Shown piece after piece: positions 49,587-57,818 of a stretch of DNA of 57,818 nt. How positions within the stretch are numbered: the first letter of the stretch is position 1; each line of letters begins with the position of its first letter. Location of the stretch: the NCBI GenBank assembly GCA_034440155.1, contig JAWXBN010000011.1, forward strand, positions 1 through 57,818, given 5' to 3'. A program made the translations under genes and the position numbers. The stretch comes from Verrucomicrobiota bacterium. GTDB taxonomy: Bacteria; Verrucomicrobiota; Verrucomicrobiia; JAWXBN01. The notes below the pieces were generated by a model. It was not told the origin of the DNA, searched no databases, and saw only the letters and a program-made list of their open reading frames with translations.

Positions 49587-52500
49587 ATGAGAATATTTTT
49601 GATCATAGGTTTATTAATCAACCTGACATCTTTGCTTCTTCTAGCAGAGGAGCGTATTCCTGAGAGTAAAAGACAATTTATCAATATATATCCAGTAGGT
49701 GATGTCGCCAAGACAGGGGAATTAAACCAAGAACCAAAGCTGGATGATTGGAAATCTGAAGCATTTGTGGAAATTTATGAGGATACTTCATTAAAGGACC
49801 GGTTTTTAGTAAAAGTCGCTTTTGCCTATGACTTTGAAAACCTTTATATTGCAGCAGAATTCATCGATGAATCCCCATTAGTTAATAAGATTCATCCAGG
49901 AGTAGAACCATCAAAAGGATGGAGTGGTGATTCTTTTCAGATCAGGATCATTGCGGATTCTGGAGTAAGACATCCAATCGCGGCAAATGTGGCTAATAGT
50001 GATATAATAATCCATTTAACCATGTGGCTTTATAGTGAGCTCTCCTTACCTGCAGTGGATGTAAGATATGGAATGAATTATCAACCGGGGCCAGTGTTAA
50101 TCGGAAATTCAAGTGGTTTAGTCTTTAAGAAAAGTGAAAATGTTATCCCGGGAGGCTATATCATGAAAGCCAAGATTCCTTGGAAGGCGATAGGAGTAAA
50201 AACCCCGCCGAGTCCGGGAGATAAATGGGTGATGACCATACAACCATTGTGGGCAAATCAAAACGGGGACTTAGTGCATCATTTCTTTGACTGCATTAGT
50301 CGTGGTGCCTATCAGTTTGAAGGAACGGAGGGATGGGGAGAGGGACGATTTTTGTCGCTAGGACAAACAGATGTCGCCTTTCAAGAGCAGGTGGATTGGC
50401 AAAAAAGCCGGGAGAATAAAGAACGGGCCTATGAACAAATCCATAAAGCAAGGAACACTTCCCCCAAAGGTGATAAAGAAATAGGGCTTACTGCACCAAA
50501 ACTAGAAAAAAAAGATGGCATACTCTCTATTACTTATACAATCTCGCAGGGGGCATATGTCAGTATGGCCGTGGCCCGTGAAGACGGGTATTTGATAAAG
50601 ACTCTACTGACTAAGGAGTGGAGAGAAAAAGGTATTCATATAGAAGAATGGAAAGGACAGGATGAGGATGGAGAGGATATTCCCACAGGAAAATATAAAA
50701 TCAAGATGTTAGCACATCACGGAATCACCCCGCGATATGTGACAACAGTAATGAATAGCGGAACCCCTTCTTGGCGGACAGAAGATGGTAAGGGAAGCTG
50801 GGGAGGGGATCATGGTAACCCCGTAGATATTGCCACAGACAAAAAAGGAAATAAATATATCCTATGGAGCGCAGCCGAGGCGGGTGATCAACTCATATGT
50901 CTCGATGTGAATGATCAGAAACAATGGGGAATCCGGCTTGAATTTGGTGACTATGCCGCGAGCCTTTGTGTGCAAGGTGATGAATTGTATGTCGGTACTT
51001 TCGTCGAAAAAAACAAGAACATTTTAATATGTCTTGATGCTAAAACAGGAGAAAGAAAATCTTTTGAAAATGGTCAGAAGCGATTACTTCTTTCTGAAGT
51101 CAAAGATATGAATCTTCCGAATCTAGGAGGGATTACCAGTGATGAACTTAATATTTATTGTGCTTTGGAACAAAAGAACCGTGTTTTGGGTGTAGACCGG
51201 AAATCGGGTAAACCAAAATATGCCTTTGAAGTCAAATCCCCTCGTGCGCTGGCTATCAATCAGGATCGTAGCATTTTATATGTCATGACGGCTGACAAGG
51301 TAATGCCATTGGACTTGAAGAATGCAAAGTTAGGTGGCCCAATTATCACCGGATTGGATGATGCTCAGGATATTGTTCTGACGGATAATGGACGTTTTTT
51401 GATCAGTCAAAGGGGGAAGACCATGCAGGTGGGTATCTGGACGGAAAAAGGAATGCACCTCAATACAATCGGTATAAAAGGGGGGCGACCTAACTTGGGT
51501 CGTTATAAACCAGAGGGATTGTTAAACCCTAAAGGTTTATCAGTCGATAATGTCGGAGGAGTATGGGTGGCGGAAGACGACTCTTCACCGAAAAGAGTGA
51601 GCCTCTGGGATATGAAAACAGGAAAGTTGTTGAATGAGTTTTTCGGGGGAACTGCCTTTGCAGCCCGTATGACCTGCGAACCTGACAATCCTGAAAATGT
51701 TTATCTGCATTATACTCGATTTATTGTAGATTATGAGACAGGTAAAGTCATTCCTGATGCAGTCATGATAAGGCCGGGGGTAATTCCTCGCACATTGAAT
51801 GGTCCTAAAGGCTGGGGCTTAATGGGACAAAACTTTGAATTTGCTAAAATCGGTAATGGCACTTATGCCTATGACGGATTTGGTGGAGTCTATAAAGTGG
51901 AAAAAGATCGGTTAAAAGCGTTTGCTTATTTTGCGGAGTCGATGCCGAATTGGGGAATGTTAACTGGCCAGGCTGTTTTTTGGGTAGATCGTAATGCGGA
52001 TGGGCAGATTAACACAACTGAGATTCGTGAAGTAAAAGGGTTTAAACCTGATCTCGTTTGTACGTTTGGTGGAGGATTTTTCAAAGGGGGCGCATTCGTT
52101 CTAGGACGTAAAACTATTATTTCCAAGGGCGTTGATAATATGGGACTGCCGATTTATGAAGGAACTGAGTCCTATCCGGATTATGCATTCTTGGGAAATG
52201 GAAGTGAGATTAAAATTTTTTCAAATAGGGTGGATACATATCCATCGGTTATGTCGGACTATAAAGAGCTTTATACGATTACTAGCCTACCGGCTTCAGA
52301 CGGTTCGAGGGATGGGGGAGGCAAAGAAGGTGTGTATAAATTTAACCAATCCGGCAAAATACTCTGGCGTTATCCTAAACTTGGATTGGGATTCGGTTTA
52401 ACAAAAGGACTATCAAAACCGGGCGATCTTTTTGGAGCCCAACGTTTCATTGGATTAATCCAATTTTCTGAGTCATCATTGGGCGAAGTGATAGGTGTGG

Positions 52501-52748
52501 GATGTTCTCGCGGATACTTTGGGTTCCTCGATCACGAAGGACTTTTTATCGATCAAATAGGGCATGACCTCGGAAGTGCTCCTAAAGCTGATTTCGACGT
52601 GTTTCAAATTACAAATTTTGGAGGATATGTTTTTCGTCATCCCAAAACTGGAAAGGTGTATCTTTTCTGCGGAGATACAGATGGACGCATATTGGAGCTG
52701 CAAGGATGGGAGTCTATCCAAAAGATTGAAAGTGAATTCAAGTGGTAG
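49587..52748 (+). CDS. large secreted multidomain protein (N-terminal CBM9/DOMON-like module, FlgD-Ig-like domain, beta-propeller-like repeats), function unknown
   Basis: 1053 aa with signal peptide MRIFLIIGLLINLTSLLLLA. The block AFAYDFENLYIAAEFIDESP...GDSFQIRI recalls CBM9-type modules. The block ITYTISQGAYVSMAVAREDGYLIKTL...WKGQDEDGEDIPTGKYKIKM is FlgD-Ig-like. The remainder is repetitive and beta-rich. The domain calls are recall-based. Confidence 0.65.
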   Translation: MRIFLIIGLLINLTSLLLLAEERIPESKRQFINIYPVGDVAKTGELNQEPKLDDWKSEAFVEIYEDTSLKDRFLVKVAFAYDFENLYIAAEFIDESPLVNKIHPGVEPSKGWSGDSFQIRIIADSGVRHPIAANVANSDIIIHLTMWLYSELSLPAVDVRYGMNYQPGPVLIGNSSGLVFKKSENVIPGGYIMKAKIPWKAIGVKTPPSPGDKWVMTIQPLWANQNGDLVHHFFDCISRGAYQFEGTEGWGEGRFLSLGQTDVAFQEQVDWQKSRENKERAYEQIHKARNTSPKGDKEIGLTAPKLEKKDGILSITYTISQGAYVSMAVAREDGYLIKTLLTKEWREKGIHIEEWKGQDEDGEDIPTGKYKIKMLAHHGITPRYVTTVMNSGTPSWRTEDGKGSWGGDHGNPVDIATDKKGNKYILWSAAEAGDQLICLDVNDQKQWGIRLEFGDYAASLCVQGDELYVGTFVEKNKNILICLDAKTGERKSFENGQKRLLLSEVKDMNLPNLGGITSDELNIYCALEQKNRVLGVDRKSGKPKYAFEVKSPRALAINQDRSILYVMTADKVMPLDLKNAKLGGPIITGLDDAQDIVLTDNGRFLISQRGKTMQVGIWTEKGMHLNTIGIKGGRPNLGRYKPEGLLNPKGLSVDNVGGVWVAEDDSSPKRVSLWDMKTGKLLNEFFGGTAFAARMTCEPDNPENVYLHYTRFIVDYETGKVIPDAVMIRPGVIPRTLNGPKGWGLMGQNFEFAKIGNGTYAYDGFGGVYKVEKDRLKAFAYFAESMPNWGMLTGQAVFWVDRNADGQINTTEIREVKGFKPDLVCTFGGGFFKGGAFVLGRKTIISKGVDNMGLPIYEGTESYPDYAFLGNGSEIKIFSNRVDTYPSVMSDYKELYTITSLPASDGSRDGGGKEGVYKFNQSGKILWRYPKLGLGFGLTKGLSKPGDLFGAQRFIGLIQFSESSLGEVIGVGCSRGYFGFLDHEGLFIDQIGHDLGSAPKADFDVFQITNFGGYVFRHPKTGKVYLFCGDTDGRILELQGWESIQKIESEFKW

Positions 52749-52788
52749 AAATGTAATTATGATTTCATAAAACCTCGTCAATAAAAAG

Positions 52789-54146
52789 GGCTCTTCGGGA
52801 TTTCGAGTGGGTGAATTGAGGGGGATTTCATAGTTCTGGGAGCATGTATGTGAGGACTTTGAGGCGGAGATAATCTTCATCGCGCAAGCCGTAGGCTCGT
52901 CTTTGAATGACACAGATTTTATTATTGAAGCCTTCGACAAAACCGAGGGCTGGTTTTTTGTCCGATTCGCAGTAGGCACCAATTCCTTCCCAATGACGTT
53001 CGATTAACTTCGCAAACTTTTCATAAGGTTTGAGCCGCTGCCATTTAAGTTGGCTCTTCCAATTCTCAAAGAATTTCCGTACCCACACCTCCCGTTTATA
53101 ATCCCAGTGTTGAGCAAAAGATTCCTTGAGAAAATACGCCGTCTGTAACCTCTTATTAGCCGCCAGCAGATGTTTTAACGCTGTCTTCGTATCACTTTTG
53201 AGATTCTCCCAGTGCGATAGCAAATTGTATTTCTGCCCCTTGATATACTTCCTCTTGTTTCCGTTGAGCCTTCTGTATTCCTGTTTACGAACTTGGTCGA
53301 GAGCCTCCCCCAAATGTCGCAGAATATGAAACTTGTCATAAAGAATGACTGATTGCGACACATGGCGTTGCATCGATTGACTAAAGGCTTTCCACATATC
53401 CATGACTCCCATCTGAAGGTCCTCACTCTTTTTAGCCCCTAGAAACGCATGGAATTCATCCATGCTCGCCTCACTGCGGTCTTTTCCCCCGAACAAAATC
53501 GCCCGCTTTTTATCCAGGTCACTGACAACGATCCGGTATTTGTGCCCCTTGCCCACAGAAATTTCATCAACCCCAATAACCCTCGGATTGGCAGGCCCCG
53601 CTGCCTTTAGCTGCTCCTCCATATAACGTTTGTCCAACTCCTTGACAGTGTGCCAATCCAGATCATGCTCACGGGCCACATCTCTGATGCTTTGGCTGCG
53701 GCACTTTGCGCCCGATCATCTTCCCGAATCTCTTCGTGCAGAAGGGGCTATCCAGAAACCAATCCACTTTCTCCCTCTTCACAGACTTACACTTCCGACA
53801 GTCCACACGGTAAATATCCACTGCGAGATAAATCTGATAATCCCCGCATGGCTTGTCTCGTACCCATCGCTTTTTCTCGTCATACCATCCCATTTGAACA
53901 TGCACACAACATCCGCAGACCGTTTTTTTGTGCGCCGCTTGAGCCGCACGATCCGGACTCGCGGCTCTCCCCATTTGCCTTTTAAATCCTTCAAAGCGGT
54001 ATGCACCATAAAGACTCTTCCTGCGTATCCCTTTTTTCATCCTCACCCTCATTTTGTACCCCTGTCAAAACCATTCTTACCCAATACTAACGGCCCTTTG
54101 ATCACACTTCCCCCTCAATTTTACCCACTCGAAATCCCGAAGAGCC
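52789..54146 (-). mobile_element. ISL3-family insertion sequence (1358 bp) with ~37-bp terminal inverted repeats
   Basis: The left end is GGCTCTTCGGGATTTCGAGTGGGTGAATTGAGGGGGA. The reverse complement of the right end is GGCTCTTCGGGATTTCGAGTGGGTAAAATTGAGGGGGA: 24 identical nt, then one mismatch plus one indel, then 12 identical nt. GGCTCTTC termini are typical of ISL3. A transposase lies inside. Confidence 0.85.
52828..54052 (-). pseudogene. ISL3-family transposase split by a frameshift (ORFs 53669-54052 and 52828-53679)
   Basis: The N-terminal part carries the zf-ISL3 pattern (CGCC...YDEKKRWVRD...RVDCRKC...TKRF). The C-terminal part carries the DDE domain (VIGVDEISVGKGHKY...MDMWKAF...NGFVEGFNNKICVIQRRAYGLRD). 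The frames meet between 53672 and 53715 and need a 1-nt indel to join (...TKRFGKMIG / AKCRSQSIRDVAREHDLDWHTV...). Confidence 0.8.
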
Positions 54147-54261
54147 GTTTTTACCCAAGTAGCCACCATCTCCGACAACCAAGGCCCCAATGGACTCCAG
54201 CCAAATGGTTGACCCGCAAGAATTAACCTCAGGAAAATGTAAATCCTATAATGGCATTTTC

Positions 54262-56193
54262 TTACGGTTTGTTAGCAAGAGTACCAGAAGTTAAGATTTT
54301 TTCTTTTGTTTTATCAATACCGGCTTTAGCAATTTCACTCATAGGATTGTAAGCTTGGGCTTGTAAATACCAAGTTAATGAGGCTCCCCATTGTTCCTTG
54401 GCCTCAAAATTACGGGCATTTTTAACTGCTTTAATAAAATCCGATGATAGGCCGGAGAGTTCTGCCATTGCCTTATTTAGTTTGGGATCATCACTCCATT
54501 CAATAGAAGCTTTCTCCAAAACCTCCCATGCACCGGCAGGATTCTGGGCCTTTGAAAGTTCTTCAGCCTTCAGGAGTGCCACTTCAACAACTTCCACCTT
54601 TCTCATGGCTTTCTCGAATTTAGCAATACGTGGCTTGTCCCCATCAAGGGCTGCAGGATATTTAAGTCGGTTCTCATATAAGGCCCTCCAATTCTCCTCT
54701 GTCCAATACCTGTCAAATTCAATGATATACTGTTCCTTTGTATCTGCTGTCGTGAAAAATGTTTGGCTAGCGGTTTTCAAATCAGGGTTAGTTGGCCAAA
54801 GCTCTGCTGCCCCATAAAAGTATTTCTGTGCATCCGGCAGTTTACCTTGTTGGGCTGATAGCTTAGCCATCCCTAAAGCAAAATTACTCTGCATTTTGCC
54901 ATTATTAATCAGTGCCATAGCCTTGCTGAAATCAAAATCTAGAGCCTCCTTTTTAACATTCTGGATTTTTTCTTCTGCCGTATTATAATCCTTAACCATC
55001 AAAAGACTTTCAAGCTCAGACATATTTCTCAGAAACATGGACACTCTTCTACGGTCATTCCGAGGTACAATTAATAAGTCAGGGAGATTTTTTGACATCA
55101 TAAAAGCCGCCAATAACTTCTCTGAGGCTCCGGCTAATTCATTGTTTGAATTCTTAAAATTAAAAGCTTCTAGTTCGGTTTTTGCCTGTTTATTAGCCTC
55201 CAGTGCTTTGTTATACATGATGGCTAATTCCGTTGTGTAATCACCATCATTATAGATAGTCCGGTAGAATTCAATCCCTACAACAGCCTGAGTAAATTGT
55301 TGACTCTCCATTAATGACGCGATGTAAGCTCTAAAGCTTTGACGGGATTCGATGTCCTTTTTAACCTTTTCGAGTTCTTTACTCCCTATTTTGCCGGCGG
55401 CAACTATACGATCCTCTTCCCTGCGTGTAGCACGATAAGCATTTCCCAACATTTGATTTAATTGTGAAGTGTTTACCTGCGGGGTATTTACAACTACATT
55501 GCTATTGCCCGTCGCTGCATTACTATTATTTGCAGCGCCAGATGCACCTTTAGATGTGGATAATTGTGAGCCAACCAGTAACTCCTTACTCCTTTTTTCC
55601 CTTTCCAACTTATCTATCTCTTTTTCCAGTTTATTAATCTCCGTCTTAATTTCCATGGAAGCTTTAACGCGATTGCGAATATTCTCACTAATCCCACCGT
55701 CAAAATCAAAATCTTTCAGGACTAATAATTTATCATAGGCTCCCTTATAATTCCCCTCCCTCAGGGCATCCCTAATTTCGTCGATTAATGAATTATATTT
55801 TTGAACGGACTGTTTGTCTTTTTCCGCTGTATTGGCGTAGGTTTCAAACAAGGTTAATGGCAAATTTCGACCATTTGATGTTGTCGCAATGCCTGGCATT
55901 GTCGCTTCACGAATCTGTTGAATCCCGATTGTCATGTTAGTTCCCACAATACCATTAACAGCTTCTACATTTTGTGGGTTTCCAACAATGACATCCATTG
56001 TATTGGCTGATTGAGTAACGTTGCTAGATACTGTCCCTGACGGGTTACCCTTCGAACCATCAAGACTTCCTCCCGAGGGAGAATGGAGAGGATCATTCCC
56101 TGTAGCAAAATCGGCAGCAGGACAAAAAGAAATCAATATACCGATGAACAGTAGACCAATAAGAATGTTAGGGTTTTTCAATCGATTCAACAT
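54262..56193 (-). CDS. large secreted coiled-coil/TPR-like protein, function unknown
   Basis: About 643 aa from ATG 56193 (MLNRLKNPNILIGLLFIGILISFCPAADF, a signal peptide). GGAGGA lies 7 nt upstream. The protein has a central coiled-coil (KTEINKLEKEIDKLEREKRSKE) and a helical-repeat C-terminus. The ORF track extends to 56280. Confidence 0.65.
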   Translation of the reverse strand: MLNRLKNPNILIGLLFIGILISFCPAADFATGNDPLHSPSGGSLDGSKGNPSGTVSSNVTQSANTMDVIVGNPQNVEAVNGIVGTNMTIGIQQIREATMPGIATTSNGRNLPLTLFETYANTAEKDKQSVQKYNSLIDEIRDALREGNYKGAYDKLLVLKDFDFDGGISENIRNRVKASMEIKTEINKLEKEIDKLEREKRSKELLVGSQLSTSKGASGAANNSNAATGNSNVVVNTPQVNTSQLNQMLGNAYRATRREEDRIVAAGKIGSKELEKVKKDIESRQSFRAYIASLMESQQFTQAVVGIEFYRTIYNDGDYTTELAIMYNKALEANKQAKTELEAFNFKNSNNELAGASEKLLAAFMMSKNLPDLLIVPRNDRRRVSMFLRNMSELESLLMVKDYNTAEEKIQNVKKEALDFDFSKAMALINNGKMQSNFALGMAKLSAQQGKLPDAQKYFYGAAELWPTNPDLKTASQTFFTTADTKEQYIIEFDRYWTEENWRALYENRLKYPAALDGDKPRIAKFEKAMRKVEVVEVALLKAEELSKAQNPAGAWEVLEKASIEWSDDPKLNKAMAELSGLSSDFIKAVKNARNFEAKEQWGASLTWYLQAQAYNPMSEIAKAGIDKTKEKILTSGTLANKP

Positions 56194-56650
56194 AAATAAG
56201 TCCTCCATCTTTAATGAAAAACTGGAGTTGTAACAACTGCCCCTTTTCAAAATTAAACTGATCCAAGTTATCAGGCACAAATATGGGCAAGGGATTATTA
56301 CTCTCCTTTTCTTTCACTACAAAGAGCCTACCTTTGCCACTTTTAGACACTAACTGTGATTCTACCCGCATAATCGCCTGATAATGGTTGCCAGAAAAAC
56401 TTGCAGGATCCGTCATGAATGCATTCACCGGGAAATCCCCATAGTTAATATTCTTATTTGTTGAGTTAATATTATTCCCGGGTTTAAATAAAAAATACAG
56501 TACTCCCGCTAAGATAAGAGTTAGAATGACAATACCTAAGATTAAAACCCCTTTTTTTTGATTGGAACGTTTTGATTTCAATTGATCAAAAGTTATCCTT
56601 TCAGGAGTAACAATCTCTTGAGCATCGTCGGGGATATCGGGTTTATTCAT
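56168..56650 (-). CDS. membrane-anchored protein (single N-terminal TM), function unknown
   Basis: 160 aa. A cytoplasmic N-tail is followed by the TM segment GVLILGIVILTLILAGVLYFLF and then a ~90-aa beta-rich domain. Its 3' end overlaps the start of the 54262-56193 gene by 26 nt. Confidence 0.6.
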   Translation of the reverse strand: MNKPDIPDDAQEIVTPERITFDQLKSKRSNQKKGVLILGIVILTLILAGVLYFLFKPGNNINSTNKNINYGDFPVNAFMTDPASFSGNHYQAIMRVESQLVSKSGKGRLFVVKEKESNNPLPIFVPDNLDQFNFEKGQLLQLQFFIKDGGLIYVESIEKP

Positions 56651-56838
56651 TTTATGTTAGGAATCCAAATGACTTCGGTCATTTAAAGTTTTGGAATTAG
56701 GAAGTACAGTTTACCGTTCTCCATCGTTCCCGTCAATCCCTCGAATTGCCTCATAAGTTATGACACCGAGGAAGGGGAAGGTGGGAGGGGTCAAAAAGAA
56801 CATTGACTCAAAAGAAATGACACCGGAACAAAGAAGTC

Positions 56839-57400
56839 ATGAAAATGAGTCGGAGCACACAAATCGTGCAGTTACCCCTGTACCGGGAACGGTATGCGGG
56901 GCGTGGACGGGAAGGCAAAGGGAGATTATTGGATGAGTTATGTGGGCACTACCGATACAGCCGCAAACATGCCATTAAACTCTTGACGGGGAAAGCGGAG
57001 GCTGGGCGTAAGCCACGCAACCCGAATCAAGGAAGGCCTTGTGAGTACGGAGAGGAGGAATTGGAGGTCATTAAGAAAATCTGGCTCTCTGGGAGCAACC
57101 CTGTGGTAAGCGGTTTAAAGCCATGCTCGGGTTGTGACTAAAATATTATGATAAGGCCGTGAGTGAAGAGACCCAGAGCAAATTACTCAAGATCAGCGCG
57201 GCACGGATATTGCTGCGCGTTGACGGTTGGGAGATCAGGGAGTCGACTTTGTCAGTGCCTCGTATGGTTTCGTATTCGCCGTGTCCCGGTCAAAGAACAC
57301 ACAACGCCGGACTTCGTTATAGGCTCGGTAGGCAGAAGAGTCCAAATTTTGAATGGAGTCTGTCAGGATATTTGTGTATGGGGCTGGTTCATATTATGTT
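56839..57400 (+). pseudogene. decayed N-terminal part of an rve/DDE-type transposase
   Basis: ORF 56839-57141 reads RERYAGRGREGKGRLLDELCGHYRYSRKHAIKLLTG...YGEEELEVIKKIW. It continues in another frame as EQPCGKRFKAMLGL*LKYYDKAVSEETQSKLLKISAARI, with a frameshift plus TGA in place of Trp. This matches the HTH N-terminus of a widespread integrase-core transposase family. The catalytic domain is absent. Confidence 0.55.
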
Positions 57401-57404
57401 GAGA

Positions 57405-57563
57405 TTAATCCTTTAAGATTGTTGAAGGATTAAATCTTCCGGGGAACATGACAGCGAATTGATTTTTCGCGGCGTTCCAATCCCTGATGAGCATCGTCCA
57501 TTTTTGAGCGATGTTTTTCAAGCTTAAATACACCAATTTGAGTATCACTCTCGAGTCCCTCGA
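57405..57563 (-). pseudogene. C-terminal fragment of an IS256-family (Mutator-type) transposase
   Basis: A stop-free minus-strand frame reads SRDSRVILKLVYLSLKNIAQKWTMLIRDWNAAKNQFAVMFPGRFNPSTILKD*. It matches the conserved IS256 C-terminus (...KLLYLA..NI.KKWTMPI.DW..AL.QF.I.F..R). Nothing of the gene remains upstream. Confidence 0.5.
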
Positions 57564-57600
57564 TCATCGACAGCACTTATGAGGCTCTAATTTCTTTTCT

Positions 57601-57684
57601 GGCTCTTCGGGATTTCGAGTGGGTGAATTGAGGGGGATTTCATAGTTCTGGGAGCATGCATGTGAGGACTTTGAGGCGGAGATA
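57601..57684 (-). mobile_element. solo terminal fragment (84 nt) of the same ISL3 element
   Basis: 83 of 84 nt are identical to 52789-52872, in the same orientation. The single difference is C at 57659 versus T at 52847. The fragment contains the IR and the last transposase codons. Homology ends abruptly after ...GAGGCGGAGATA. Confidence 0.85.
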
Positions 57685-57818
57685 CTGACTAGTCCTTAGC
57701 ATAAAATACAATTTTAGCCTTAAAGAATGATCGGACGAGCTTTGGTTTTGTTTTAATATCAGCCAAGTCGTTTTCGACTCGCTCTTTGAGAGATTCGTTT
57801 TTTTTGAGGGGTTTCTTC

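Noticed and set aside
53630-54226. Plus-strand ORFs (53630-54226 and 53650-53985) inside the ISL3 element.
   Set aside because: They are antisense to the transposase, Pro/Ser/Arg-rich, and run across the IS terminal repeat, so they are shadow ORFs.
56667-56684. Perfect hairpin AAATGAC-TTCG-GTCATTT, 17 nt upstream of the 160-aa gene start.
   Set aside because: No uninterrupted T-run follows it on either strand, and there is no upstream gene for it to terminate. It could be a leader structure, but I have no supporting evidence.

Overview
This is a 57.8 kb bacterial chromosomal window. All family assignments come from motif recognition by eye; no alignments, HMM searches or computed statistics were run, and GC values are hand counts of sampled 60-nt lines.

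Nt 1-41,000 (about 38-42% GC) is a dense, ordinary housekeeping stretch:
- a 5'-partial DnaJ/CbpA-like chaperone, Bcp, YggS, MscS, an FNR-like reductase, a FAH-family enzyme, a GH57 glucanase and SpeA
- LysR next to an LplT-PlsC-Aas triple fusion, CysK, and tRNA-Gly(GCC)
- hpf-hprK-ptsH-ptsI, AcpS, TruB-RibF, an ExbB-like protein and a hybrid sensor kinase
- a ribose-type ABC importer, CysD and a UMF1-type MFS transporter

The gene content (DUF6807/PmoA-like protein, GH57, a PTS without EII) fits a PVC-group, Verrucomicrobiota-like organism. That is only a guess.

The character changes at tRNA-Leu(UAA) (41006-41093). Downstream lie:
- a 58-63% GC block carrying a btaA-btaB-like betaine-lipid operon
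- a dense iteron-like direct-repeat array (44088-44230)
- relics of at least four IS families (IS66, ISL3, an rve-type element, IS256)
- one nearly intact ISL3 element with a frameshifted transposase, plus an 84-nt solo copy of one of its ends 4.8 kb away
- a frameshifted HExxH/adhesin-like gene and a same-strand cluster of exported proteins of unknown function

I saw no rRNA, CRISPR array, or recognisable defence or toxin-antitoxin genes. The most unusual unexplained signals are the repeat array and the IS-bracketed cluster of exported proteins.
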